Source: Candidatus Aenigmatarchaeota archaeon (GTDB taxonomy: Archaea; Aenigmatarchaeota; Aenigmatarchaeia; CG10238-14; SpSt-28). From it: a DNA stretch of 64,000 nucleotides. Within the stretch, counting starts at the first letter, position 1, and the number at the start of each line of letters is the position of its first letter. The notes beneath the pieces were generated by a model. The model made no database searches and was not told where the DNA came from. It worked only from the letters and a program-made list of their open reading frames with translations. Positions 47,717 through 56,195 of the stretch are shown here, piece after piece. Location: assembly GCA_039000725.1 (NCBI GenBank), contig JAWBNO010000002.1, forward strand, positions 2,071 through 66,070, read 5' to 3'. A program made the position numbers and the translations under genes.

Positions 47717-48631
47717 TTATTCTACAAAAATAACATCATCAATTATTCCATCTGCATTTTTGTCTATACCTTTAACAATTCTAGCAATTCCATCTTTAAA
47801 TTTATTCCCCTTTTTCAATTTTTTGCAGTATTTTATTACAGCTATAGTTGCCGCTCTAGTTCCTTTAAATCTTTTACCACTTAGAATTAAAACCCAATTT
47901 TTAGGATTGAACGGACTTTTCATCTTTATAACAACTCCCACGTCTTCATCTTTATAAATATTGTTTGTAATTTTAGAAACAATTTGCCAATCATTTTTTT
48001 CATCAAAGAAAATTGGTAATTCATAATTAATTTTATCAACAAGGATATTTGCTTTAGGTCCCCCAACCAAAATTAAATTGTTTTCCAGATCTTCATTTCT
48101 AATCTGAGTATCTAGCTTGTAGTTAATAGAAGGCTCTTTTAAAAAACTGCCAAAAAATAGAGCTAAATCTATTGCAGCATAGCCATCAGAAGATTGAGCA
48201 CCAAATCTACCATGAGGATCTGGAGAGCTAACAACAATAATGGAATTCATTTTTCCCTTATCAATAAATGGATACAAAAATTCAACTTCTTCTGTTCTAA
48301 GTTTTAATTCTAAAGGAGCTTCTTCATAAAGTTTTACTGCAATATAAGGGTAAGGTATATGATATATTTTAGTCAAAGCACCAGCTCTTATTTCTTCTTT
48401 TAACTTTGAAATTATTCCAACTTTTTCTAATCTTCTTAAATGATAATAAATTTTTTGCTCATGCTCATTCAATTCCCTAGCTATATCCATTGCGCATGCT
48501 GGTTTTTTGGATAAAACTCTAATTATTTCAATTACTAAATCACTACCAAAAACGTTCATTTTTTTAGGCTCAAGCTCAAGAGCTTTGTAAATTTTTTGCC
48601 CTTCTTCTTCATCTTTTACAAAATACCACAT
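47717..48631 (-). CDS. ArsR-type winged-helix protein with uncharacterised C-terminal alpha/beta domain
   Basis: wHTH block IIRVLSKKPACAMDIARELNEHEQKIYYHLRRLEKVGII, then a ~200-aa domain (VVSSPDPHGRFG...LILVGGPKAN). Confidence 0.55.
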   Translation of the reverse strand: MWYFVKDEEEGQKIYKALELEPKKMNVFGSDLVIEIIRVLSKKPACAMDIARELNEHEQKIYYHLRRLEKVGIISKLKEEIRAGALTKIYHIPYPYIAVKLYEEAPLELKLRTEEVEFLYPFIDKGKMNSIIVVSSPDPHGRFGAQSSDGYAAIDLALFFGSFLKEPSINYKLDTQIRNEDLENNLILVGGPKANILVDKINYELPIFFDEKNDWQIVSKITNNIYKDEDVGVVIKMKSPFNPKNWVLILSGKRFKGTRAATIAVIKYCKKLKKGNKFKDGIARIVKGIDKNADGIIDDVIFVE

Positions 48632-48637
48632 TATTAT

Positions 48638-48673
48638 AAAATGTTTTTTAATACTAAAAAATGTTTTTTAATA
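48638..48673. repeat. 16-nt direct repeat x2 (aaaatgttttttaata) just upstream of the wHTH gene
   Basis: Copies at 48638..48653 and 48658..48673. Confidence 0.7.
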
Positions 48674-48769
48674 GAAAGCTGAAAAATTTTTTGTTTAATT
48701 TGACCTAAAAAATTCTTTTTTAAAAGAGATTTTAGTAATGAGTTATATATTCTTCTATATTAAGTTTTT

Positions 48770-48895
48770 ATGAAATGTCCAAAATGTGGATCTGAAAATT
48801 TAGTTGCTATAAACTTAAATTTTCCGTATTACTACAAATGCTCTGATTGCAGTTATGAGTTTCAAATAAACAAAAATCCTTTCATAGATGAGTAA
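48770..48895 (+). CDS. 41-aa zinc-ribbon peptide (unlisted small ORF)
   Basis: MKCPKCGS...YKCSDCSY gives two CxxC pairs. Ends 2 nt before the glmS ATG. Confidence 0.35.
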   Translation: MKCPKCGSENLVAINLNFPYYYKCSDCSYEFQINKNPFIDE

Positions 48896-48897
48896 AT

Positions 48898-50649
48898 ATG
48901 TGTGGGATAGTAGGATATATAGGAAATAAGAATGCGAATGAAATTGTATATCAAGGAATAAAAAGGCTAGAATATAGAGGATACGATTCTGTAGGAATAT
49001 GTTATAAAAAAGGAAATATTTTAATTGTTAAAAAAGATGTAGGTAAAATAGAAGAAGTGGCCTCTAAATTAAATTTTTTGGAAGAAGATTCAAACTTAGC
49101 TATAGCCCATACTAGATGGGGAACTCATGGAAAAATAACAAAAGAAAATGCTCATCCTCATTTAGATTGTAGTAAAAATATTGCTATTGTTCATAATGGA
49201 ATTATAGAAAACTTTTATGAGTTAAAGGAAGATTTGATAAAAAGAGGTCATAAATTTAATAGTGAAACAGATAGTGAGGTTATTGCTCACTTGATTGAAG
49301 AATACATGAAATTTTACGATTTTGAAAATTCGTGTAAAAAAGCTTTTTCTAAACTTAAAGGAAGTTTTGCTGTTCTTGCTATAAATTCTAAAGAAGAAAA
49401 AATAGTGGGTATCAGAAAAGATTCTCCTTTAGTAATTGGGGTTAAAGAAAATGAAAGTTTTGCAGCTAGCGATATTTATGCTTTATTGCCATATACTAAT
49501 GAATTCATATTTCTAAAAAACTTCGATTTTGTTGTTCTTGAAAAAAATTTGGTAAAAATTGAGAATTTGATAGAAGGTAGTGTAAATAGGCCAATTGAAA
49601 GAATTGATTTTTCTTTAGAGCAAAATTCAACTGAAGGGTTTCATCATTTTATGATTAAGGAAATAATGGAGCAAGGGGAAATACCTTTTAGAATTTTAGA
49701 AAAAAATGGTGAAAAATTTAAAGAATATGCAAATAAAATTAAGGAGGCAAAAAAAGTTTTGCTTGTTGGTGCGGGTAGCTCTTTTCATGCTTGCATTTAT
49801 GGATATTATCTATTTTCTAAATTAGGAATAGATTGTAAGCCAATTGTGGCTTCTGAATTCAAAAACTTCTCAAACATTTTAGATGAAAATACTATATTAA
49901 TAGCTGTATCTCAATCTGGCGAAACTGCAGATGTTCTAGAAGCTGTGAGAATAGCAAAATCTAAGAATTGTAAAGTTTATTCAATTGTTAATGTTTATGG
50001 CTCTACTTTAATGAGAGAGAGCGATTTTTATTTGTTAATGAATAGCGGTTTTGAAGTTGGTGTTGCCGCAACAAAGACTTTTACATCTCAATTAATAATA
50101 TTTTACATTCTTTACAAAATACTGAAAAATGAAAGTTTTAGTATGAAACATCTTTCATCCCAGATTTTAGATTTACTTGGAAGAAGTAGAAGAGAGTATA
50201 TAGAGAAAATAGCTGATATGTTAAAAGATAAAGAACACATATTTTTAATTGGAAGAGGACTAAGTTATGTTAGCTCATTAGAAGGAGCTTTAAAAATAAA
50301 AGAAATTTCATATATACATGCTGAGGCTTTTGCTGGTGGGGAGCTTAAACACGGAACTTTAGCTTTAATTGAAAATAGTACTCCTTGCATAGTTTTTGTA
50401 GATAGAGAAAATTATGAAGAAATAATCTCAAATGCTCATGAAGTTAAAGCAAGAGGAGGATTTATAATAGGTGTGTCTCCTTTTAAAGATAAAGTTTTTG
50501 ATGTATGGATTAAAATTCCAGATTGTGAAGAAGAAATTCCCATTTTACAAATAATTCCAATTCAGCTACTAGCTTATTTGCTATCAGTAAAGAGAGGTTA
50601 TAATCCTGACTATCCTAGAAATTTAGCTAAATCGGTGACTGTAAAATGA
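48898..50649 (+). CDS. glmS: glutamine--fructose-6-phosphate aminotransferase
   Basis: N-terminal MCGIVGY (Ntn Cys), two SIS domains, and a C-terminal ...KSVTVK. Confidence 0.9.
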   Translation: MCGIVGYIGNKNANEIVYQGIKRLEYRGYDSVGICYKKGNILIVKKDVGKIEEVASKLNFLEEDSNLAIAHTRWGTHGKITKENAHPHLDCSKNIAIVHNGIIENFYELKEDLIKRGHKFNSETDSEVIAHLIEEYMKFYDFENSCKKAFSKLKGSFAVLAINSKEEKIVGIRKDSPLVIGVKENESFAASDIYALLPYTNEFIFLKNFDFVVLEKNLVKIENLIEGSVNRPIERIDFSLEQNSTEGFHHFMIKEIMEQGEIPFRILEKNGEKFKEYANKIKEAKKVLLVGAGSSFHACIYGYYLFSKLGIDCKPIVASEFKNFSNILDENTILIAVSQSGETADVLEAVRIAKSKNCKVYSIVNVYGSTLMRESDFYLLMNSGFEVGVAATKTFTSQLIIFYILYKILKNESFSMKHLSSQILDLLGRSRREYIEKIADMLKDKEHIFLIGRGLSYVSSLEGALKIKEISYIHAEAFAGGELKHGTLALIENSTPCIVFVDRENYEEIISNAHEVKARGGFIIGVSPFKDKVFDVWIKIPDCEEEIPILQIIPIQLLAYLLSVKRGYNPDYPRNLAKSVTVK

Positions 50650-50984
50650 AAGAAATAGAAATTAGAGAAGGGGATAGTAAATTTTATAAAATTGTTGCTA
50701 AAGATGAATATGGAAAAGAAATTGGAAGATGTTTCATATTTTTAATTAAAAATGATTTGCATGAAGAGCCATATGCTTTATTAGAAGATGTTTTTGTTTT
50801 AGAAGAATATAGGTCAAAAGGAATAGGAACAGAGCTTGTTAAAAGAGCAATAGAGTTAGCTAAGGAAAAAAATTGTTATAAAATTTTAGCAACTAGTAGG
50901 TTTGAAAGAGAATATATACATAAATGGTATGAAAAACTTGGATTCAAAAGATTTGGTTATGAATTTAGAATGGATTTGAAGTGA
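50646..50984 (+). CDS. small GNAT-family acetyltransferase
   Basis: VLEEYRSKGIGTELVKRAIELAKE matches GNAT motif A (RxxGxG). Confidence 0.7.
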   Translation: MKEIEIREGDSKFYKIVAKDEYGKEIGRCFIFLIKNDLHEEPYALLEDVFVLEEYRSKGIGTELVKRAIELAKEKNCYKILATSRFEREYIHKWYEKLGFKRFGYEFRMDLK

Positions 50985-51679
50985 ATATCATGCAAGTTGT
51001 AATTTTGGCTGCTGGTGAAGGTACTAGATTAAGACCATACACAAATTTAACTCCAAAACCACTTTTTACAATAGGCGGAAAACCAATAATAAGTCATTTA
51101 ATAGAAAAGGTAAATAGACTAGGAATAAAAAATGAAGAAATAATTGTTGTGGTTTCTTATCTAAAAGAAGAAATTGTAGGTTATTTAAAAAATTTTCATA
51201 ATGGAATAAAAATTGTTGAACAAAAATTGAAAAAAGGAACTTTAGCTGCTCTAGAATCTTCAATAGAAAATATTGTTGATGAAAATATTTTGACTATCTA
51301 TGGAGATATTTTCTTTGAAGATAGTTTAGAAGGAATTATAGATAGAGATTATGCAATAGGGGTTACTAAGGTTGAAGATGTTTCGAAATTTGGTAAAGTT
51401 GAAATAGATGGAAACTATCTAAAAGAAATAAAAGAAAAGAGTGAAGTTGGAGAAGGATATATTTTTGCTGGAATATTAAAATTCAAAAAAGATTTTTTCG
51501 ATGTTTTTAAAGATGTTAAAGCGAATGAAAAAAGTGGAGAATATTATTTAACAGATGCCATAATTTTACAAAATAGAAAAACAAAATTTTATGTTTATCC
51601 TTTAAAAGGATTTTGGTTTGATATAGGAAATGAAGAAAGTTTGAAGAAAGCGAGAGAAACCTACTATTCTATTTTTTAA
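50981..51679 (+). CDS. sugar-1-phosphate nucleotidyltransferase (GlmU N-domain-like, no LbH domain)
   Basis: ILAAGEGTRLRPYT signature. 232 aa only. Confidence 0.75.
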   Translation: MNIMQVVILAAGEGTRLRPYTNLTPKPLFTIGGKPIISHLIEKVNRLGIKNEEIIVVVSYLKEEIVGYLKNFHNGIKIVEQKLKKGTLAALESSIENIVDENILTIYGDIFFEDSLEGIIDRDYAIGVTKVEDVSKFGKVEIDGNYLKEIKEKSEVGEGYIFAGILKFKKDFFDVFKDVKANEKSGEYYLTDAIILQNRKTKFYVYPLKGFWFDIGNEESLKKARETYYSIF

Positions 51680-52685
51680 AGCCAATTCCATAAACTTTTA
51701 CTTTTTTACCCTCTTTTTCAAATTTAATTCCTAACAATTTTTCGCAAACAAGCATATTTGTTTCAACATGATCTGTAAATTCTTCTACTATAAATTCTGA
51801 ATTTCCATTAGCTAAAGATGCAAAAATCAAAATTTGATCACTCATAAACTTATCTAAGCAAGCATTAGACTCAATTCCTTTTTTAATCATATTTCCAACT
51901 TCTCTACCCACGTCTTCAGCTCTTTTACCTTTTTCGCCTAAACTATCATAGCCAAGAATACAATTTTCATATTTTACTAATCCTAATAAAGAGCTTCCAG
52001 GATTTAAACTTTCCACATATTTAAAACTGCTTAATGTTTTTCCAACTATTTCTTCTACTCCAACAATTTGTCTTTCAGCAACTCTAGCTTTTTCTAAATC
52101 TTTAGAAGAAATACTAAAACATTCTATGTTTTCAAAATTTCCCCTTTCCAAAACTTTTAATGGCGAAATTTCTTTGCACGGATAAACTTTAACAAAAACC
52201 TTTCCTCCACCCTTAGGATAAAAACCATGCCTTTCTACATTTATTTCAATATTTATTCCAATTTTTCTTAACCAGTATAAAAAAACTTTTTGATAATATA
52301 ATATTGTTGGTGATCCTTTAACATCAGTTCCTCCATATATAGTTAGTTCTACTTTTTTATCGGAAAAAATTATTACTGGTAATAAAGTTTGCAACAATAA
52401 AGTTATACTACCAGCAGTTTTTATATCTATAAGAAATTTTTCAGGAATTTCAAAATCCTTAGGCATAAAAAATATTTCTGTTGATCCTATTTTAGCTCCT
52501 TTCACTTCAGCTTTAGTAATTTTAGCTAATTCTAAAACTCCAGTTAAATGTTGGGGCATTAATCCAGGTTTTGGTCTGTTTTTTCTAATGTTAAAAATTC
52601 TAATTGGTTTTAGAGTTATTGAAGAAATTGCAAGAGCTGTTCTTAAAACTTGACCATAGCCTATACTTCCATCAATTTCTTCCAT
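51669..52685 (-). CDS. rtcA: RNA 3'-terminal phosphate cyclase
   Basis: IDGS.GYGQVLRTALAIS N-terminal signature and about 340 aa. Confidence 0.8.
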   Translation of the reverse strand: MEEIDGSIGYGQVLRTALAISSITLKPIRIFNIRKNRPKPGLMPQHLTGVLELAKITKAEVKGAKIGSTEIFFMPKDFEIPEKFLIDIKTAGSITLLLQTLLPVIIFSDKKVELTIYGGTDVKGSPTILYYQKVFLYWLRKIGINIEINVERHGFYPKGGGKVFVKVYPCKEISPLKVLERGNFENIECFSISSKDLEKARVAERQIVGVEEIVGKTLSSFKYVESLNPGSSLLGLVKYENCILGYDSLGEKGKRAEDVGREVGNMIKKGIESNACLDKFMSDQILIFASLANGNSEFIVEEFTDHVETNMLVCEKLLGIKFEKEGKKVKVYGIGFKK

Positions 52686-52697
52686 TAGAAAAAATTC

Positions 52698-53621
52698 TTA
52701 CTTAATAAATAAAATGTTTAGAATAGTGTAAAATAGGAACAAAAGTAAAAGCAGTAAACCTTCTTGTATCCAAATTTCTTTTTTTCTTTTAGCAAAGCCC
52801 AAAATCGTAATTAGTGAAATTAAAAGAAAAAGGTAGAGTAAGTAAAACTGTTTTTCTAAAATCCCAGAAGAAAAGAGCATAGCAATTCCAGGAACAAAAG
52901 TTGAATCTATAAAAACAACTCCGAAGGCAGTACCCACAATTAAATCATATCTTTTTCTTTTAGCTGCATTTAAGCAAGAAAATAGCTCACCTGATGATGT
53001 AAAAAAAGAAGTTACCAATGCCCCTAAGAACATTGCTGAAATTGTAGTTCTTTCTATTATCCTTTTTGATGATATTGAAATTAAATAAGAAAAAAGAACA
53101 ACCAAAACTAGAGAGCTAGCTATAATTATCTTGTTTTTCATTTTCTCCCCCTTAGAATAATATTTCTTTTCCTTTTTACCTTCTTCGTATAATAAAAACC
53201 ATCCAAATATTATGAAAACTACTAATAAAGCTAAACCATATACAAAATTATATTCTCTAAGAAAGAGAAGTGGAAACAAACTTATTAATGCAACCAAAGA
53301 AATCTTCTTTATTCTTTCATAATTTTTTTCTTCAATTTTAAATCCGTACCATATTGCTACTATTCCTAAAACTAAAAGCAAATCATAAATTATGTTTCCT
53401 ATACTTGTAGCTATACCTAAATTACCAATTTCAAAAATTGAAGAAGCCACAGATATTGATAGTTCTGGTAAAGAACAAGAAGCAGCTAGAAATATAAAAC
53501 CTATAGTTAAACCACCAATATTCGAATATTCTGCAAATTTTTCCAATTCTTCAACTAAGATATCGTTAAATTTATACAGCCCTATTAATGAGATTAACAA
53601 AATAAATATCCATTCAATCAT
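52698..53621 (-). CDS. Na+/Ca2+ exchanger (CaCA) family membrane protein
   Basis: Two internally repeated hydrophobic halves with alpha-repeat-like GNIIYD/GVVFID regions. Confidence 0.5.
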   Translation of the reverse strand: MIEWIFILLISLIGLYKFNDILVEELEKFAEYSNIGGLTIGFIFLAASCSLPELSISVASSIFEIGNLGIATSIGNIIYDLLLVLGIVAIWYGFKIEEKNYERIKKISLVALISLFPLLFLREYNFVYGLALLVVFIIFGWFLLYEEGKKEKKYYSKGEKMKNKIIIASSLVLVVLFSYLISISSKRIIERTTISAMFLGALVTSFFTSSGELFSCLNAAKRKRYDLIVGTAFGVVFIDSTFVPGIAMLFSSGILEKQFYLLYLFLLISLITILGFAKRKKEIWIQEGLLLLLLFLFYTILNILFIK

Positions 53622-53851
53622 AATAATCCCATATATATTTTACATGCTATTATATGAGAGCATTCTTTTTGCTTTACAGAAAAATATTTACAATCGCAAA
53701 TAAAATTTTTCTTTGATTTTTCATAAATAACAGAATGTACTTCTCTACTATATACTGTAAAATAAATTCTTTTAGACGTTTCAAAATCCAATCTAACTCT
53801 ATTTTCTTTTACTAATCTCTTAGCTTTTTTGTATATTTCTTTTATAACCAT
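53618..53851 (-). CDS. SWIM zinc-finger protein
   Basis: CDCKYF...CSHIIA (CxC...CxH). Confidence 0.6.
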   Translation of the reverse strand: MVIKEIYKKAKRLVKENRVRLDFETSKRIYFTVYSREVHSVIYEKSKKNFICDCKYFSVKQKECSHIIACKIYMGLL

Positions 53852-54132
53852 AGATCTTCAACTTGCCTTTTCTTATTATTCCAAATTTTTTTATCTTCTT
53901 CCTTTTCTGCTTCAAGCATTAAATACTTACCTTTTTCTTTTAAAGGAATAACAAAAAAAGAATAAACATTTCCTTCTACATCTTTTAAAAAAAGCCTACT
54001 TTTTCCACTTTCTTCATTTTCATAACTTTCTGGATTTCTATAATCATACCAGACAAACTTTCCTCTAGCTATTAAGTTTCTAACTTCAATTTTTCCTTTT
54101 TTTGTTTTTGTTAAAACTTCTTCAGGAAACAT
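53842..54132 (-). CDS. hypothetical protein
   Basis: 96-aa ORF overlapping the SWIM gene by 10 nt. No motif. Confidence 0.3.
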   Translation of the reverse strand: MFPEEVLTKTKKGKIEVRNLIARGKFVWYDYRNPESYENEESGKSRLFLKDVEGNVYSFFVIPLKEKGKYLMLEAEKEEDKKIWNNKKRQVEDLWL

Positions 54133-54164
54133 TATTTAAATTGTTTTTTATTAAAAAATCTGAG

Positions 54165-54452
54165 CTACCATAGTTGAAATTTTTTCTTAATTCTATCTTC
54201 TGGCTTTCCAACTAAAACCCAACCTTCTACTCTAACTCTTTTCCCATTTGGTATTTTGAATACAAACACGCAATCATTTTTAGCAACTCTTTTTTCTCCC
54301 TTAGGAGTTTCTATTACTAAAGTTTTATATGTCTCATCAACAACCTTACCTTTAATACCAATTTGATAAGGATTCTTACTTTCAATAACTTCAACTTCTA
54401 AACCAATAAGCTCATGTCTTACCAAATTTCTTTCATTTATTGGCATTTTCAA
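54165..54452 (-). CDS. rnp1: RNase P protein component 1 (Rpp29/Pop4)
   Basis: HELIGLEVEVIES...GIKGKVVDETYKTLVIE Sm-like barrel, in the conserved position after SUI1/uL29. Confidence 0.8.
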   Translation of the reverse strand: MKMPINERNLVRHELIGLEVEVIESKNPYQIGIKGKVVDETYKTLVIETPKGEKRVAKNDCVFVFKIPNGKRVRVEGWVLVGKPEDRIKKKFQLW

Positions 54453-54457
54453 CTACC

Positions 54458-54754
54458 TTAAATTATTTCTATTTGTTCTTCTTTAAAGCCAAAAGATAGC
54501 AATATATCTTTAATTCTTTTTCTATGATCTCCTTGAAGCTCAATTTTTCCTTCTTTATATGTTCCACCACAAGCCAACTTTTTTCTTAGTTCTTTAAGAA
54601 TTTGCTTAATATCGCCAGTCACTCCTTCAACTATAGTAGTTGGTTTTCCGAACCTTCTAGTTTCAACATACACTCTTATTCTAGCCCTTTCTTTTTCCAA
54701 TATTTCTTCAATTCCAAGCTCTTCAGGCAAGCCAGTTAATTTATCAATTTTCAT
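54458..54754 (-). CDS. sui1: translation initiation factor SUI1 (aIF1)
   Basis: RRFGKPTTIVEG...LKKKLACGGT signature. Confidence 0.85.
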   Translation of the reverse strand: MKIDKLTGLPEELGIEEILEKERARIRVYVETRRFGKPTTIVEGVTGDIKQILKELRKKLACGGTYKEGKIELQGDHRKRIKDILLSFGFKEEQIEII

Positions 54755-54966
54755 TTTTTGGCTCTTCCCCCAATTATAGTTAGTATTCTAGCTATATTTT
54801 TTCTTAGATTTCTAATTTTAGAAGTATTTTTAACTGGCCTACCACTAGCAATAAATCCTCTTTCTTTCATTAATTCCAATCTTAATTCATTCAGCCTTTT
54901 TTTCAGTTGTTCCAGGTTCTCCTCCCTTATTTTCTTCAAGAACTCCCTTCTTTTCATTACCCTCAC
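54751..54966 (-). CDS. rpl29: ribosomal protein uL29
   Basis: LRLELMKER...IRNLRKNIARILT pattern, 71 aa. Confidence 0.8.
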   Translation of the reverse strand: MRVMKRREFLKKIREENLEQLKKRLNELRLELMKERGFIASGRPVKNTSKIRNLRKNIARILTIIGGRAKK

Positions 54967-55558
54967 CTATTTTTTTCTCAAAAATAAATTCTTTTGGCAT
55001 TTCTTTCATAATCCTAACTTCAACCCCAACAATACCAAATCTAATTAAAGCTTGAGCTTGAGCCCTATCAACAAGTCTTTCTGCGTATTCACCACTAGTA
55101 GCAATAAATCCGTCTTTAAACTTAACTCTTCTAGATCTTTCTTTACCCATAATTTTTCCAGAAATAACTATTAAACAACCAATAGCTCCAGCTTTCATAA
55201 TTTGCTCCAAATAATAAGTTGCAACCTTTTTGTAATGTATTCCTCTTTCAATCGCTCTAGCAATTCTTTTTGCCACTATATTGGCATCTAACAAAGGATT
55301 TTCAACTTCCCTAATATCAATCATTGGATTATCTACTTGGAATTTTTCCCTAATTTCTTGCTCTAATTCGCTAACTCTTCTACCAGACCTTCCAATAATT
55401 AAACCAGGTCTATGAGCATATATTATTATTCTTGTTCCTATTGGAGTTCTTTCTATTATCGACCTACTATATCCCGCTCTTTCAAATTTCTTTTTTAAAT
55501 ATTCTTGTAATTCCATCTCTTTTAGCCCTTCTTTTACAAATATTTTTTCTACTGCCAT
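54887..55558 (-). CDS. rps3: ribosomal protein uS3
   Basis: KH domain (IIIYAHRPGLIIGRSGRRV) and the conserved C-domain. Confidence 0.9.
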   Translation of the reverse strand: MAVEKIFVKEGLKEMELQEYLKKKFERAGYSRSIIERTPIGTRIIIYAHRPGLIIGRSGRRVSELEQEIREKFQVDNPMIDIREVENPLLDANIVAKRIARAIERGIHYKKVATYYLEQIMKAGAIGCLIVISGKIMGKERSRRVKFKDGFIATSGEYAERLVDRAQAQALIRFGIVGVEVRIMKEMPKEFIFEKKIGEGNEKKGVLEENKGGEPGTTEKKAE

Positions 55559-55559
55559 A

Positions 55560-55940
55560 TTATCTTTCCTCCACTATTACTGTTAAATGTGTAGTTTTTG
55601 CTCTTCTAGGTAAAAACTTTGCTCTTTTTGGTAAATACATAGTTTCGCCTTTATCTGCTTTTATAATTTTAATAAATAATTTTTCCGTATTTAGTCCTTT
55701 TTTCTTAGCGTTGGCTTCTACAGATTTTAATAAAGAAATAAATTCCTTTGTTGCCTTTGTGTAATATTTACCATCATAACTTTCTTTTTGAGCTAACACA
55801 TTATCTAAAAATTGTTTTGCTCTAGAAAGTTTTTTACCTCTCAAATATTTGCATATAGTTACCGCGTGTTTCAGAGAAATCCTAGAGTTTCTAGTCTTAG
55901 CTATAGCGATTTTCATACTAGACTTCCCTTTTTCCTGCAT
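55560..55940 (-). CDS. rpl22: ribosomal protein uL22
   Basis: ISLKHAVTICKYLRGKKLSRAKQFL and C-terminal THLTVIV. Confidence 0.85.
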   Translation of the reverse strand: MQEKGKSSMKIAIAKTRNSRISLKHAVTICKYLRGKKLSRAKQFLDNVLAQKESYDGKYYTKATKEFISLLKSVEANAKKKGLNTEKLFIKIIKADKGETMYLPKRAKFLPRRAKTTHLTVIVEER

Positions 55941-56195
55941 TTTATTAATATTTGTAGCATCATAATAAAGTCTTTTTCGTACTTAAAAATTTTACTAGGT
56001 ATACCCTTATACAATATTATTTAATAATAAAAACAAGCTAAGTTAAAAGTAAAGCTTATAATATTTTTCGCTAAAGATTTTCCAAATTTTCTAGAATAAA
56101 AAATCTGAATTATGTTCAAAAAATCCTTTATTTTATACTATCTTTAAATAAATATATAACTAAAGGCTCAAGAGAAACCACACTAATATTATTTC

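Noticed and set aside
40643-48770. A search for a direct repeat of the tRNA-Arg 3' end (att site) or an integrase that would define the defence island as an integrated element.
   Set aside because: No copy of the GC-rich tRNA 3' segment and no integrase, transposase or recombinase-like ORF is visible. Base composition matches the surroundings. It is reported as an island only by gene content.
54887-54966. The 80-nt overlap of the uS3 3' end with the uL29 5' end, considered as a frameshift or programmed recoding.
   Set aside because: The conserved uS3 core ends well before the overlap, and the tail is a low-complexity K/E-rich read-through to the next stop. Both proteins are complete without invoking recoding.
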